From: Octopus bimaculoides
Taxonomy: Eukaryota
DNA length: 64,000 nucleotides
Reading direction: 5' to 3'
NCBI RefSeq assembly: GCF_001194135.2
Contig: NC_069007.1
Location: 1,746,669 to 1,810,668, forward strand
Position 1 is the stretch's first letter. Each line of letters opens with the position of its first letter. Position numbers and translations under genes: made by a program. Positions 40,110 through 55,025 of this stretch are shown here, piece after piece. Below the pieces are notes generated by a model. That model was not told the origin of the DNA. It ran no database searches and saw only the letters and a program-made list of their open reading frames with translations.

Positions 40110-41004
40110 GTCTTGAGTATGCCTGATACATGAATTTTATAATCTGTCATAAACTTGAGCAAAAAAAGAAGGCACAATGTGCCACAGTACCGACTGAACA
40201 CAGAACCTAAAGATATGTAAGCAAGAATCTATTCATTTTCCCGGGTTGTCTCAAGAAATATTTAATAAAGAGCTATAAAAGCTATGACATGGGGACGGAG
40301 ATTGGATGAAATTCAACACAAATAAAAAATAACAACTAAATGTATTGAACTAAATAAATAAAATCTAAAACATCAGTACCAATTATTGATCAATAGAAGA
40401 ATTTGAAACAACAATTTTTATGGAAATATTTATGAAAAGAAATCTTGAGAGAAAAAAAATAGTGAGTAAAACCGTATTAAAAACATTGTTTACACTGTTT
40501 TACTAAAACTGAAATTATTAAAAGGAAGAAAAAAGAGTTGGATAATATGAGATGATATTAAATATAGAGAGACAGGAAGAAGAGAAAAAAATAATAGCAT
40601 TTTACTGTTCTATTTTATGATGAAAATATAGGTGTGTGTATGTTGGAAAAATATTACTAATATCGAAATGTTGAAATGTAAATTGTGTCTGAATACATAA
40701 CTGTCTGAAAGGTGAGTAAAAGATATATTTCGTTATGTGTGTGTGTGTTTGCATGTATGATTGTGCATGTGTGTGACTGTTTGAGAAAACGACTGTGAGA
40801 TTGAGACAGGAGAGGTGAGACACAGAAAGATGTATAAGTGAGTCAATATGCTTGCTAATGGAATATATACGCATATGCATGTATTCCATATATTCATATG
40901 CATACATTTTGCTTATAAAGTCATGGATTTGTACAACTATATATANNNNNNNNNNNNNNNNNNNNNNNNNNNNNNNNNNNNNNNNNNNNNNNNNNNNNNN
41001 NNNN

Positions 41005-41048
<44 letters not shown>

Positions 41049-41392
41049 ATATATGTACACAAACACAATTACAATATAAGTAAGCACACACACACATATA
41101 TCTTTTATATATATATAGATGAATGTGCATGCATACAGATACATGGATATGTATATATATCCCTCCACTCACAGACCTAATATGCGTACATGCAATCATT
41201 CATTATATCTTTTCAATTTCACTTAACGCATAAATTGACTAAAAGACTGTGCAAATAATAAGATGTTAGTCTATTTCATTTGTGTACACTAAACATACTT
41301 TTTGGGTTTATGTCGCTGTACATATGGATAAGTATACATACGTAAACATATGTAGAAACATAAATATAAATATATATATGCACCTATATATG

Positions 41393-41435
<43 letters not shown>

Positions 41436-42959
41436 GCATAGATAGATAGATAGATAGATAGATATAGATATATGACATTTCTTTCAATATATAATTGTGT
41501 GTTATTTTCTGAGTATTTTTGTGTGTTTGGGTTGTTTCTTTTGGCTTCTTCGATTCAATACCTCCGGTTTTATTTTCTGTAACCGTTTTTCTTTTCCTAC
41601 GTCAGAAATGAAGAAAAATTTTAACACCACGTTTACACACAAGAGAAGTATATTTATTTTACATCATATTATGTTGATTACTATGAATCCGATTGATTTA
41701 AAATTTAAATAAATAAATAATTGAATAAAAATATAAAGATGTAGTAGAAAACTATAAGCTGTTTTCCGAATGAGTGTATAGGTATATGTATTTACATCCG
41801 TGTGTCGTTTGTGTGTCTGTCTATATAACCACATCCATATGCGGTGTAAACGAGAATAAAAAAATCCGTGCGCTGAATATGTAGCGTATAGTCGTCACGT
41901 CATGTGTTGCTTTCGTTGCTATGCCATTAAGTTAGTGCTGATATATTTAATGTAGTGAGCAATACAATGTTACATTAATCAAATAATAATTAATCTGTCT
42001 TGATCAGATTTAAGCATCATGCTAACAATTTTTCCCTCTTTTCAGTGCAACCAAAATCTTGATTAATTAACGGTTTCTTTTTTCTTTATTTAAAATTTCC
42101 TTTCTTTATATTTACTTTCGCTCTGGCCCATCATATAAAATGTTTGCATTGAATTAACTCAATGGTCTTTGTTCCCAAGCCGTTTCTGTGAAACATGTTT
42201 TCAAATGTTGCTATGTATGTGAGTGGGAATTATTGTGCGTGTACTTCCTTAGGGATCATGCATTAAAAGAGAAATATTATCACAGATTTCAGAGAGGCTA
42301 GATTTCCAGACTTTTCAATATGTAATTGATTATTATACACACACATTCACACACTTACACAAGCCCCTACTCGCAGCACACATCCCAAAAAACACCTAGA
42401 TATGCATATATATACGTACGTATATTATATATGTGTGTGTGTGTGTGTGTATGTATAGTTATGTATGTGTGTTTGTGTTTCTGCGTGTTGTGTGTGTTTT
42501 CTGTTTTATTAATTATTTTGATTCTTACTCTGAAGGAGTTTGTTTCTAACAAAGATGCTGAGCTCTATTATTATAATATAGATGACAAAAACATTTTAGA
42601 ATTGAATAAAATCTTGCATAATTTTATTGTTCCGCTAACAAATTGTATTTGGAATGTATGAGAGGGGAAATTTTTTCCGAAAACCCTTCATATGTATGTA
42701 TGTACGTACGTATGCATGTATGTATGTACGTACGTATGCATGTTTGTATGTATGTAACTATGTATGTATATATGCATGCATGTATTTATAATTCAGATTT
42801 CACCTAAATGTTTTTTTAAGTGCGATAGCAGCTTCGTATATGAGGGTATTGATAGTTCAGTAGACAAACATTTGATCACTATAAAGAAAAATCATCTGTG
42901 TGGTTGTTCGGCAAAAATTGCCGAATCCTTATTCGTCATCTAACGACGAGTGAATACAT

Positions 42960-43010
<51 letters not shown>

Positions 43011-44089
43011 TCATACGACGGCGTTCTAAACAATTTCTGGCTACGAAATTAACAAATAAGATGATAGACCTGGCTCCGCATGGGAGCTGCAGCGTACAGA
43101 GACTGAACTGGAGATGTTATGGCTGGAAGCTGGCAGCTGGAACCTGCTCCCATTTCCAAACTACGCTACTATGAAAGAGACCAATCTCCACTAAAACTCT
43201 ATTATTTGGGCTCTCATACTGGTACACATGTACTTAAACAAATGTCTAAGTGCTTGTGTATGTGTGTGTTTTCCAGCTAGAGCAGGGTATACGACATCAG
43301 GAGACTAGCTGACCCTACGGGCATAAAAACGGCCATTTACCTCGTGCCGGTGCTCAGTGGTACCTGAAACATATTAACTGGCAGAATCACAAATATGAAT
43401 GCGTTTTTGACCAGGAAAACTTGACAAAACAACGTTTAATATGACTCACAGAACCACGTAAATTTTAACAAATTGCACAGGTACCGACGCCATCAACTAT
43501 TAGTAGCATACAAACTCTGGTTTTACTCTGGGACATATGAATTTTAAAAATTGTCATGATATAGACAAAGAGAGAAAAACGCACATAGATTGATTGATAG
43601 ACAGACAGACAGGCACACATACATGTAGATACAGAAATAGATAAATAGATAGATAGATAGATAGATATAAACCGACACAGATATAAATTTAAGGATTAAG
43701 ATATGTCATATATTTCAAAGAGGGGCTTCCATACTTATTAACATATGTTGCTATTGTGATGCAATATGTCATTGCAACAATTTATACAGAAGGCCACGAT
43801 TAAGGGATATACAAAGCTTTTTGATATTATACGGTATATTATAAGAAAAGCCTTTTCTACACATATTTTGCTTCATAGAAGCTTTACAAGGTACGACACT
43901 TCAATATATATGCGCATTCAGTATCGAAAACGAATGAATATATTATCATATAAAGAGATTTATTGTTTCTTCGTGACATTAGGAATATACCGCTGTATGT
44001 ATATGTAAAGGTACGTGACATAGGGAAAATATGAATCTTCGTGTACAGGCATACATGTGATTTAATGTGCTTCAATGTGTATGTACATG

Positions 44090-44143
<54 letters not shown>

Positions 44144-46049
44144 GGATATAATGCGTACACATACACACACACAACCACACACAAACAAACACACGTTTTT
44201 GCTATTATCTATTTACAGTTATTGGACAACAGTCATGTTGGTGCACCGACTTATATATTTGAGCGTGTGTTTGTGTATCAGTATGTGTGTCTGTGTGCAC
44301 GAGTGTGTGGTGTGTGTGTACGGGCATGCGTATATTTGTGTGTATGTGTGCGTGCGTGTGTGTGTGTGTGTTCGTGTGTGTGCGTGTGTGTTTGCTCATT
44401 GAAATTCGTTGAATCCAGAACAACATACTCGTTGGTTAATAAGTAAAATCGCTGCAGAACCGGACGAAATGCGCTGTAGAATTTATCCTTGTTCTTTCCA
44501 ACCTGATTTCAAATCCTGTCCAATTCGTATCGAACCAGTTAATCCTTCCAATTTCGATAAATTTAATTTCCGGTTTAGGGCTTTAGACTTCCTCTGGATT
44601 TCTGCTCTAGCCGTTTGAGTTATGGAACTCTTCCTTTTCTATTCAAATCTTACCGTGGTCAAGTAAATTCACATATCTGCAAAATAAAGGAAATATATAT
44701 AAACATATTACTATATGGCTAAGGAGAGAATATAAAATATATCAGTATTATATTGTAGTGTTTTTTCATTTAAAAACGTAAAGATAATCAAGTACTCGAT
44801 TGTTCATCAACATTCATGTACATAACAGTATGCATGGTATGTTACCATTCAAAGCAAAGACGAACAGACGAGAGAGATGGCCGTTTTCAGGATAGATATT
44901 AATTTGAAGGAGAGATGCATGAAAAGGGGTTACACAGAATCTCTTCAGTTGCTGCGTAATAATCTGTCAATTAATAAATAAAGCAAAACAATGAGAATAC
45001 AATTTGACGTAAATAGAGAGAAAAAGAAGCAAAACAAACGCGAAATGTTTATATTGCGAAAGAGTATTTGTCCAAGAAGATTTATGAAAATCATCTTAAG
45101 ACATCACTATAAATATCATGACCAGATTCAATAATATCTTTATTGTGAGTGACATTTTCAATCGATATTGATAATCATTATTGTAAACTGGTCTCAAATA
45201 ATTGAATGATAGCATCTTTCATGTGACTGAAGATTCTGGAAATCTTCAGCCAGAGAACATCGTCTTTTATCAAATTCTGATTAAATGTGCCATGTCACAA
45301 ATCAAAAGAATTGAAAAATTTCACATCTTATTTTAGTTGAAGATGGTGCGTATATTTATCACAGACTATCATTTATACATCAACAAGTCAAAATCAATTA
45401 ACAAAATTAATCAAATTTTTCGTTAGATTTACAGCAAGCAAGTAAATATATTATATATATATATATATATATGTGTGTGTCTGTATATATATATATATGA
45501 ATTTCGCTGAGTATATGGGAGAGCCTTGTCAAGATTTGGTGTTTTAAATAGAATACAACTTTAGTTAGCGAGTTCAGTAACCATTTCGTTCCTAAATACT
45601 CTTTTCCTTAATAATATTATAGGGGTAGGCCTTGACAAGATCTCCGAAAGCGTTCTTTTAAGCGTGCGGTTGGTGCGAAAAGCGAGGTCTATTCTTAGAT
45701 GTTCAAGCGTCCCCTAAATGTAGAATCATCAGCTCTAAATAAATTTATTCAAGTGGTTTAATGCATAATTTTATCGTGGTTTACCTGTAGTGTTAAGACC
45801 TGGGTTGGCTGTAGATGTCTGGCTTGGGTCATACACGTACTCGTTTGTGTTGCTTCTGTTATATGCAATTTCATCGCCTGGAGGAGTCGTGTGGTTTACT
45901 ACCAGTTGTATGTTCTACGTACGCAGCAGTGTTACTGTGGTGTGACTTGTACAAATTCCAGTGGTATGGCTTGTTTCTAACCGCTTGGTGAAGGGTCCAC
46001 ATTTCCTTCCATAATTGATTTCGTCTTTACCTTACTTGACCAAACACCG

Positions 46050-46277
46050 ACTATGTCAACCTCATCTTTCATCAGTTTAGGGTCGACAATACAAAACACC
46101 AGTCAAACATTGGGATTGATTTAACGCGCGAATTTCAGGCTTTGTGCTTTTTAGGTAGTCTTTGCATTTTATGAATCGGATCGATAAAATAAGTACCAGC
46201 TGAGGCCTGTAGTCGATATAATCGACATAGCTCTCTCTGAAACTTGCTGGCTTTGTGCCAAAATTTGGAACCAATAT
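46050..46277 (+). mobile_element. Two partial SINE family B copies in tandem (M-type tails)
   Basis: TTTCATC...GGGTCGA core plus ATTTCAGGCTTTGTGC tail, then ATCGATAAAATAAGTACCAG...GTCGATATAATCGAC...GGCTTTGTGCCAAAATTTG. Confidence 0.7.
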
Positions 46278-47741
46278 CTTTTTTATATTTTCGTTTACTT
46301 CATCATTGCACGAGAGAAAATGTGAGTGCTTGGTTGTGTGTGAACGCATGAGTTTTTTTGTATGGGCATGTATATATTTGTGTGTGTGTATAGGGGAGTA
46401 TGGTATGCAGGGCTGGAGAGTATATACGAGTTTGTAGGCGTATATGCCTTTTTATGTATGCATGTGATATTTGTAGTTATTTAGTCTCAGCTCATCCGCA
46501 AACTGTGCAAATCAATTTACCAGGTAATTTCCAGCCGGAATTTACTGGGTAATTCCTTAATTACATTAAACAAATTGCCCTTGGCTATCTGAAAACTTGT
46601 ACGGTTTGACTAGATTACCCTTAAATATTTAAAACATGCAATGTTCGACACGGTGGTGATGGTTTCATACGTTTTACTTAAATTCGTCTGCGTGCGACGG
46701 AAAAGAGACACAATCTCTTGCACATCAAGCAGGAAAGTGCGTAATCTTAGTCACTCGGCCTGGAAAGAAAATCAGTAAATTATCCATTACATTACAAAAT
46801 AACATACGTAAAATGTAAGAGGACATGTTGTAAATATTTAACGCTGAGTGAAGTGGAATAAAAGCCTAGTTTGTCGACGGATTGAATGCATTTGTTTAAG
46901 AGCCTAATGGATCTGAATTCAGCTTGTATTAACCGCATTAATCCATCCTATGATATTAGGGCCGGTTTTTTTTACTCTTATTTGTATTCCGAATGACCCA
47001 TTATACATCATGAATACTAGATATGTCTCCATTCAGAGGAACCTTCCTCTCAAAACTACTCTCACTGAACTTATAAACTGTTACGGCTGCTAACCATACT
47101 TTGCAATATGGCGATTCAAATAAATAAATAAGGTGAACAGAAAATTCTGAGAAGTCAGCAACTAAATCGGGGAACATCTAAGACTGTAATTGCTGCATAA
47201 TTTCAGTAATTCAAAGAGAAATATTCTAACAAATTCCATAGAATTTGATAAGGAAGTTTATCTTTTTACTTATATGCACCCGGTTGATGCAATACAATTT
47301 CACAGCAAAAGTATATTCCTCACCAACTCTTCTTTTCGATAGCAAATAAATGACATGGGAACTATATATATCAACAAAGCCGAAGCTAAAATGGTTATGC
47401 ATACCAATATCTATGCAATAAAAGCTGATATACGAGGGTATGTGTGTGTGTGTATATATATATGTATATCTATATATGAATGCATGCGTGTGAAGACATT
47501 TACATGTGCTTAAGCAAATATATGAATATAAGTGTAGGTGTTTTTATTCATCGACATACGTTAGATACGTTGTCTTGTGTATACTGCTTCAACACGCATT
47601 TACATTTGCAATCGTGTATATATATATATATATATATATATNNNNNNNNNNNNNNNNNNNNNNNNNNNNNNNNNNNNNNNNNNNNNNNNNNNNNNNNNNN
47701 NNNNNNNNNNNNNNNNNNNNNNNNNNNNNNNNNNNNNNNNN

Positions 47742-47775
<34 letters not shown>

Positions 47776-47945
47776 GTATAAATATATACATCTGTGTATA
47801 TGCATATTGTATATACAGGCATAAATACGAGCATGTATATGTACATCCTTGTGTTTATTTATCTACATATGCATGTAAATGCATACGTCTTTATCTAAGT
47901 AAATACATGCATATAAATGTAAAAAATGTTAAAATACAGATAAGC

Positions 47946-47976
<31 letters not shown>

Positions 47977-49879
47977 AGAAAGCATATGTATTCGTGGTAT
48001 TCTTTCATGGTTTCATGATAAAGAGATTACAACAATATTATGTAAAATAATAATAGTAGTAACGATAATAATAATATTAATAATAATATATAAGGAAGAA
48101 AAGTCTAACAGAAGAGCGAAAGATCTTAAGTGAACAAACCAAGAGAAGAAACGACAAAGTAAAACAAGAATGAAAGAACCAAACAGCAGCAAGCATGAAG
48201 ATACATTAAATACCAAAAGAGATAAAAAAATGAATTCCCATACAAACAGAATTTTTTTGTCTCTGTTCAACTCGAATATTTTTGTTGTTTGAAATTCGAA
48301 ATCTCTATTATGTGTTACTGATTTGTTTTTTTTTCTTTTCCTTTAGATAGGTACTACAAAGAATTTAAGTTAACGTTAATCCTTCACCGAATCATGTTTT
48401 ATCCATGGGACGAAGTTTCATGCTTGTTTTCGTAACAAGATGTTCAAGATGTGGATTAAAGATAATTCAGTTTACAAAAGTTATACTTCTATCTATATCT
48501 TTATATATTTTCGAGGTCTTCTTCCGACATTTTGTCTTCTCTTCTTTATCTTTGCGTCATTTTTTATCAGTGTTCTTATATTTATATTTCGGTAAAATAA
48601 AATACATATTCGTATTTACATCTTTTGTAATACTGCACGATTTGCCTTAATTTCTCAGATTGCATAGAATATATATCATCCACAACACTGATATGAAATC
48701 CTGTCTTTTGTAAAATGCTTGTGCAATTCGCTACATCCCTGAATGTTATAGCTGTTCCTATTTTTCTTCTTGATTAATCTCAGGTAGATCTTGATTTGGG
48801 AGAAATATCATTGAAATATTGTATTCTTTAAGCATACTTACTTACCGATTCACACAGTGTATCCAATATATTGTTACTTTCTTTAAACACCAGAATGAGG
48901 CCCGAGAGATGGCTGCTAAAGTTATCAAGAGAGACGAGCACGTGGTATGATAGTGAAAAGTAACTGGAATAAATCGTTGGTTCCTGGAGGTATTTCAATG
49001 TGTCTGTCATACTGAACCATGTATAGTTAAAGCACAGAAGATATAGTCATATTTTGAAGTATGCTTCTCCAGGGTGTCCGTAAGCCAGGTTTTCTATAAG
49101 TGCGCACATGTTTGCAAAGGTTTAGAAAGATTGTTTAGAAAGAGAAGCAGTTACCTTCGCATGAAACAATCCTTTCTGGACGTTACCAATGTTTATCCAA
49201 GTGTAAGCCCGCCGTAGTAATCCGATATACGTTGGCATATGTGTTGTCTTAGCCAATAAAGTCATGACGCAGCAGGCTGGTAGAAAGAAAAAGGATAGTT
49301 CATCTTCTTTGATCCTTTCGAAGCTCCATGAGTTGTGGTTTGTATAATTATTAGGTTGAGGAAAGAGTTCGTGCGCCGTGTTAAATTAATTCTATTTTTA
49401 TATATTAATGTGGTGTGTGTGTTCATTCGGTTCATTATTTTAACACGTGCATGAACGTTTTCCTCAACTTAGTAATATTTTTATTGATCTCAGAGGAATG
49501 AAAATACATAAATGACCACAGCGGAATTTGAACTCGGAGGAACTTGAGACAAAAGAAATTCTGCAAGGCATGCTATCCAGTGCTTTAACTATTCAGGCAA
49601 TATACAGATTTTTGTTGTATTTGTTTTCAGTTCCAAAGTTATTATTGCACACAAAAATGTGACACGACATATCTACGATAGATAAATGGAGTGCATATTT
49701 ACTAAGCGACGGCGAGGTCTTCCACGAAATCTATTTTATAAACAATTTATATCATTAGACTAATGACATAGATGTAAATTTATCTTCAAACACTTTCCAA
49801 CATTTATTGAATGCTTCGGTGGACTTTGCTTTTATCAGTCTGAGGTCGATAAAATACGTATCTGTTAAGCGCTTGGGTC

Positions 49880-50430
49880 AGGGGAATTCATTTGCTCCCT
49901 CGCAGAGATCCTGGTCTGGCGCCAAAGTTTGAAGCCAATGTTTCTGCTGCTATATTCTGGAGTTATATCCAATTTGGATTTCGTCTCATTCTTTCAGAGT
50001 ATTTTTTCCTGCTGTGTGCTACTTTTATATTCCTGTGTTTATATTAACTATATTTATGGCTTTAACGTTTGAATGTTTTATTTTTTTGATTCCATTCTAC
50101 CTTTTAAGCTTTTGTTTGCTCTATATTTTATTTGAATCATATATTTCTGTTTTCTTTTTATCAGTTCTATATGTATGTATGCATGGTTTCTTGCTTTTAT
50201 TTTTTTTTTAAATCCTGTTAAATTAGCATATATTTTGCAATCCATGATTATTTGCGATCGGAATATTTTTCAGTCGATATTAACAGTGTTTCTTGTAGTG
50301 GACTTGCATTGGGAGTAGACAGCAGCTGTGATATATGTATGTAGAATGGCAAGGCATTTCTCTTGGCAGCCTCAGATGCATTTTCTAATTTAATAACATC
50401 CGGCCCCTTATTAAAATTGTCGTAATGTTC
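49880..50430 (-). mobile_element. Highly decayed LINE RT fragment
   Basis: Minus-strand remnants KGPDVI.LE and EIQIGY...DLCEGANE resemble the GPDGI..E and Q.GF...RI.EG RT motifs. Many stops. Confidence 0.3.
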
Positions 50431-51754
50431 TTTGTTTACTGGTTTGTTATATTCTGCTGACTAAGAGCAATGTTATAGAATCTATTGTTACTAAATTTCA
50501 TAAATCAAATTTACTATTCACAACCGTCTCTTAACTCAGGGGGAACATGACACCGGTTTCATTTGTATTGTTTATCATATCTTGCTCTGGAAATTATTTT
50601 TCTGGTCTTTATTTCAGTTGTTTTCCTTGAACACGTAATGCTTACACGTGGTGATCAGTATAAATCTAGCAACACGTAGCTTATTATTATTATTTCTATT
50701 TTCTTTTTATCAAATAGCAACTTTGCCAAAATATTTTCGTCGCTTCGAGGCCGCGACCTGTTCACTGACAAAATTCTGTGCTATATATATGTAAGATATA
50801 TACATATAGGGGCTAAAGTAGCAGACATTTGCTAACAGTGCCATGCAATGGAACTGAACTCAAAAATACTTGGTTGCAAAGAGAGCTTCGTAACTACACC
50901 GTAATGTATGCACCTATCAAAATGGATTTAATGCATGATCTTGCAGTGTATTAACTCAACAAATTGCAACGTTTTTGTTGATGTTACGCCGAGTCAGATC
51001 TTATTGTGAATGATCTTGTTAAATTAGGAATTTGTTAATGATTAGCAAGAACACCATGTTGGCGTGTCTGGTAAATTGCATTTTGCATTTCGGTTTGCGT
51101 TCCGACTCTATGAAATCCGTGTTCAAATTTCAGTTGCATTCATTGTTAATTGTTCGTCATTTTGACGTCAATAAAAATAACGTAATAATTAGAACGCGTG
51201 GGAATCGAACAAAAAACTCTTATTTTCGCAGCAAGTCTGAATTTAAGAACTTTAAATTCGGATCAGTAAAAATAAGTTCACGAAGTGTGAATTCTGCGTG
51301 AATTAAGGAACGGTGACTTGTGAAATTTTGTGAATAGAATTTTAAGCCTAATGGATCGGTGGAAAGCCTACCATATTGGTGGATTTATCGGACTGATCAG
51401 AAAAATGTCTTTAGACATTGGCCATTCTCATTGACTGCAACACCAAGGCCAGTAGTAGAACTAACCTGTATAAGCGGCATTCCATTTCGGCATATATTTG
51501 TGGTATATATTGTAAATGCTACGATTTATTTCAATGACCTTACCATGGCAATCCCATACATGTATACATGGATGGCCTCGAACAACAATCAGCGCTACCT
51601 ATCGTATCAACCCTGTCATAAACATAAGTACTAATAACATCATTGCTCTCAAAAGCATTAAGCTTGCTGCTACAGAATATAGTTTCATAGCTATTAGAAA
51701 ACATCTCATATATTCTTGTTAAATACCTGTGTGTATGCTTCAATACATATAACC

Positions 51755-51832
51755 AGGCTTGCTTACCGATCACATCGTTCCGAGTTCAGTCCTATTGCGT
51801 GACACCTTGGGCGAAGGTCTCTAATATAGCCT
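51755..51832 (+). mobile_element. SINE family A head fragment
   Basis: GCTTGCTTACC.A.CACAT.GTTCCGAGTTCAGTCC...CACCTTGGGC. Confidence 0.7.
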
Positions 51833-51845
51833 TTTATATAATATG

Positions 51846-51878
<33 letters not shown>

Positions 51879-51989
51879 CTGTGTGTGTGTGTGTATGTGT
51901 GTGTGTAAAAGGTTGAAGAGGAACACACGAGTAGATATATATGGAAAAAGACAAAGTAGAAAATGCTAAAATACTTTTATAAATAACAT

Positions 51990-52027
51990 TACAGAACCGG
52001 TTTCGATCCTTGAGATCTTTTCAACAG
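51990..52027 (-). mobile_element. Penelope-like pLTR remnant with hammerhead-like core
   Basis: Minus strand CUGUUGA-AAA-GAUCU-CAA-GGAUC-GAAA-CCGGUU; stem II intact, palindromic ACCGGU stem III, first box altered. Confidence 0.4.
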
Positions 52028-52832
52028 TTAATATGCCCCTGTTACTTGAATACTATACAATTATGTCTTTAAAAAGACTTTNNNNNNNNNNNNNNNNNNN
52101 NNNNNNNNNNNNNNNNNNNNNNNNNNNNNNNNNNNNNNNNNNNNNNNNNNNNNNNNNNNNNNNNNNNNNNNNNNNNNNNNNNNNNNNNNNNNNNNNNNNN
52201 NNNNNNNNNNNNNNNNNNNNNNNNNNNNNNNNNNNNNNNNNNNNNNNNNNNNNNNNNNNNNNNNNNNNNNNNNNNNNNNNNNNNNNNNNNNNNNNNNNNN
52301 NNNNNNNNNNNNNNNNNNNNNNNNNNNNNNNNNNNNNNNNNNNNNNNNNNNNNNNNNNNNNNNNNNNNNNNNNNNNNNNNNNNNNNNNNNNNNNNNNNNN
52401 NNNNNNNNNNNNNNNNNNNNNNNNNNNNNNNNNNNNNNNNNNNNNNATATTTCGAATTTGTGTGAATGTCTATAGAATATATATATATCTGTTGAATAAG
52501 GTTAAAACAATGTGTAGTTTTAGCGTTTTTGTTTTTTATTATGGTATTTAAACAAAATTAACACTTTCATACACAGGATAATAATCAGATTCCGATTGTG
52601 CTTAACTGACGGTTCAGTTCTTCACGACTTTGGTACCACTTCAAACGCTCCAACCAGCTGAATTTTTAGAATACCTTTTTGACCAATCCGCATGCTCTTA
52701 ACCATCAACGGTTTTCCAGGCGTACTGATATTCTGTATCTTGTTTATATATATTAATCCACATCATTCACTGGTTGTTATATTATTCCTGTTATTTCCAT
52801 TCAGAACAGGTTTAAACCCAGCAACGGACAAC

Positions 52833-53022
52833 AATACCATTTCTACTAGTAAAACACATTCTGCATCACGAAACATTTTTAACATCATCAAAACAAATTT
52901 GCCAATCATAAAACAAGGTGAAAAATATGAAAAAAAAAACAACATAATAACTAATCAAACACTTATTTTAAGCAAAAGGCAACCACATAACCTAAAGAAA
53001 CTATTAACAAAGGCAAAAGTCA
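52833..53022 (+). mobile_element. Penelope-like element ORF fragment (linker between RT and GIY-YIG)
   Basis: IPF/...NIFNIIKTNLPIIKQ...LILSKRQPHNLKKLLTKAK matches the PLE linker motif (S.RQP.NLK.LLT.AK). Confidence 0.7.
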
Positions 53023-53117
53023 ACTTGAGAAAACGGATACCACATTCACACACACACACACACACAGAAGCAAGCATACACAAACTCACACACACACACA
53101 CACACACACACATCTAT

Positions 53118-53268
53118 ATACGACGGGCTTCTTTCAGTTTACGTCTATCAAATCCACTCACAAAGCTTTGGTCAGCCCGAAGCGATAGAAGACACTTGTC
53201 CAAGGTGCCACGCAGTGGTACTGAAACCGCAATCATGTGGTTGATAAGGGAGCTTCTTACCACACAGA
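53118..53268 (-). mobile_element. SINE family A
   Basis: Reverse complement of the head and body motifs. Confidence 0.85.
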
Positions 53269-53643
53269 TATATACATAACCAGCCAATATTGCAGCTGAA
53301 GACTGATTGGTCTCTTGTACTTATGTTGATATTTTTTCATATTTTATTGGTTTCAGTTCCAATTCCTTCTAAATTACTTCCCTTTTTTTCTCCTCAATTC
53401 CAAATTTGATAATGTTCGATATTTATTTATTAATTTATTTATTTAATTCTATGTTTGATTATTTATTCATTTAATATTTACTTGTGTTTCAACCGTTTTA
53501 TTTCTTATTTCGGAAGATGTCATTCCAATTTTGCTTATATGAATTCAAACGCTTTCTAACACAAAATGGTTACACACACACACACAACTATGATACACAC
53601 AAAAGCACGCACGCTCACACACACACACGCGCATATATATATA

Positions 53644-53679
<36 letters not shown>

Positions 53680-53717
53680 TGATACCCATATGTAGTCATA
53701 TTATATATATATATATT

Positions 53718-53770
<53 letters not shown>

Positions 53771-54153
53771 GTATGTGTACAGGAAAACTGAGTTACTGGA
53801 ATGAGATTAGGAAAGGAAATACGAGGCAAAATAAGAAGAAAAAAAATGAATTACAGGAATTACAGTGAGACATTGCAGACGAGTTTAATACGAAAATTAA
53901 TTTGATATGTTTGTTCACATGTTTTAGACAATTTAATTTCTTGAAACGTCTATTGACATTGATCTTTTGATGTACACACACACACACACACTCACACACA
54001 CACATACATGCATACGTACATACACGCACGCACAAAATCAAACACTCTAACATGCATACACATTTATTTTGTAGACACACGTTGTATGTCTATATATATT
54101 TATCTATGTGAATTTATATAGATAATTATGTGTAAATATATTCATATGATTAA

Positions 54154-54214
<61 letters not shown>

Positions 54215-54859
54215 TGAGTGTGTGCCTGTGTGTGTATTTACATAAGTGCTTCTACATATATACATATATATATAGCGAGAGAGAGAGAAAGATAGATAGA
54301 TACATGCATACATGTGTGTGTAAATGTGTATACTCGAACGTACATAAGAAAGTATAGAAATATTTTCAGTATATTTAGTCTTTAAGATTAATGCGGGAAG
54401 TATACTCAAATAATGATGAATATACGCAAGCTCGCACTCGTTCATGTTGGTGTACACCAGCAAATCGACACCTACGTTCATATATACACATATACTAAAG
54501 GTGAGAACCTTTTCTTTTGAACATATTATCAAATACACCATGTCCTAGTTGTATATAAATTTATATTTACTTTGAATTCATCACGTTACGTAATTTCTTA
54601 TTGCTTTCTCATACTTAATACTCAAACATTAACGCTCTTTTGTCCATCGAAATCTCAAGCCCTTCCCGTGCTCATGATTTCCTTAATTTGTTTTGGCACG
54701 ACAATCGTTTTGCAGGATGTATCATTTTATCTTGAAAATCTGCAATCACGTAATTTATTTCGATGTGTATCCGGGTGGGTCATTATGCCAATAAAATACA
54801 CGAGCACTGGTTGTATATTTCATGTAACCAATGACAANNNNNNNNNNGGGGGGGGGGGG

Positions 54860-55025
54860 TAGTCGATTACATCGACCACAGTGTTCAACTGTTCCTTATT
54901 TTATCGAAATCGGAAAGAATGATAGGCAAAGTCGACCTCGATGGAATTTGAACACAAAACATAAAAACAGGCGAAATACCGATAATAGTTTGCCAAGTGT
55001 TCTAAAGATACTGCTAGCTCTCCAC
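54860..55025 (-). mobile_element. SINE family B
   Basis: AGTCGATTACATCGAC...TTTATCGA...GGCAAAGTCGACCTCG..GGAATTTGAAC. Confidence 0.8.

Noticed and set aside
51220-51277. Small hairpin resembling a pre-miRNA
   Set aside because: Only about 11 contiguous pairs, AT-rich, with a large internal mismatch; expected by chance.
51546-51614. Minus-strand candidate exon VDTIGSADCCSRPSMYTCMGLP
   Set aside because: Phase incompatible with the neighbouring candidates and no recognisable homology.
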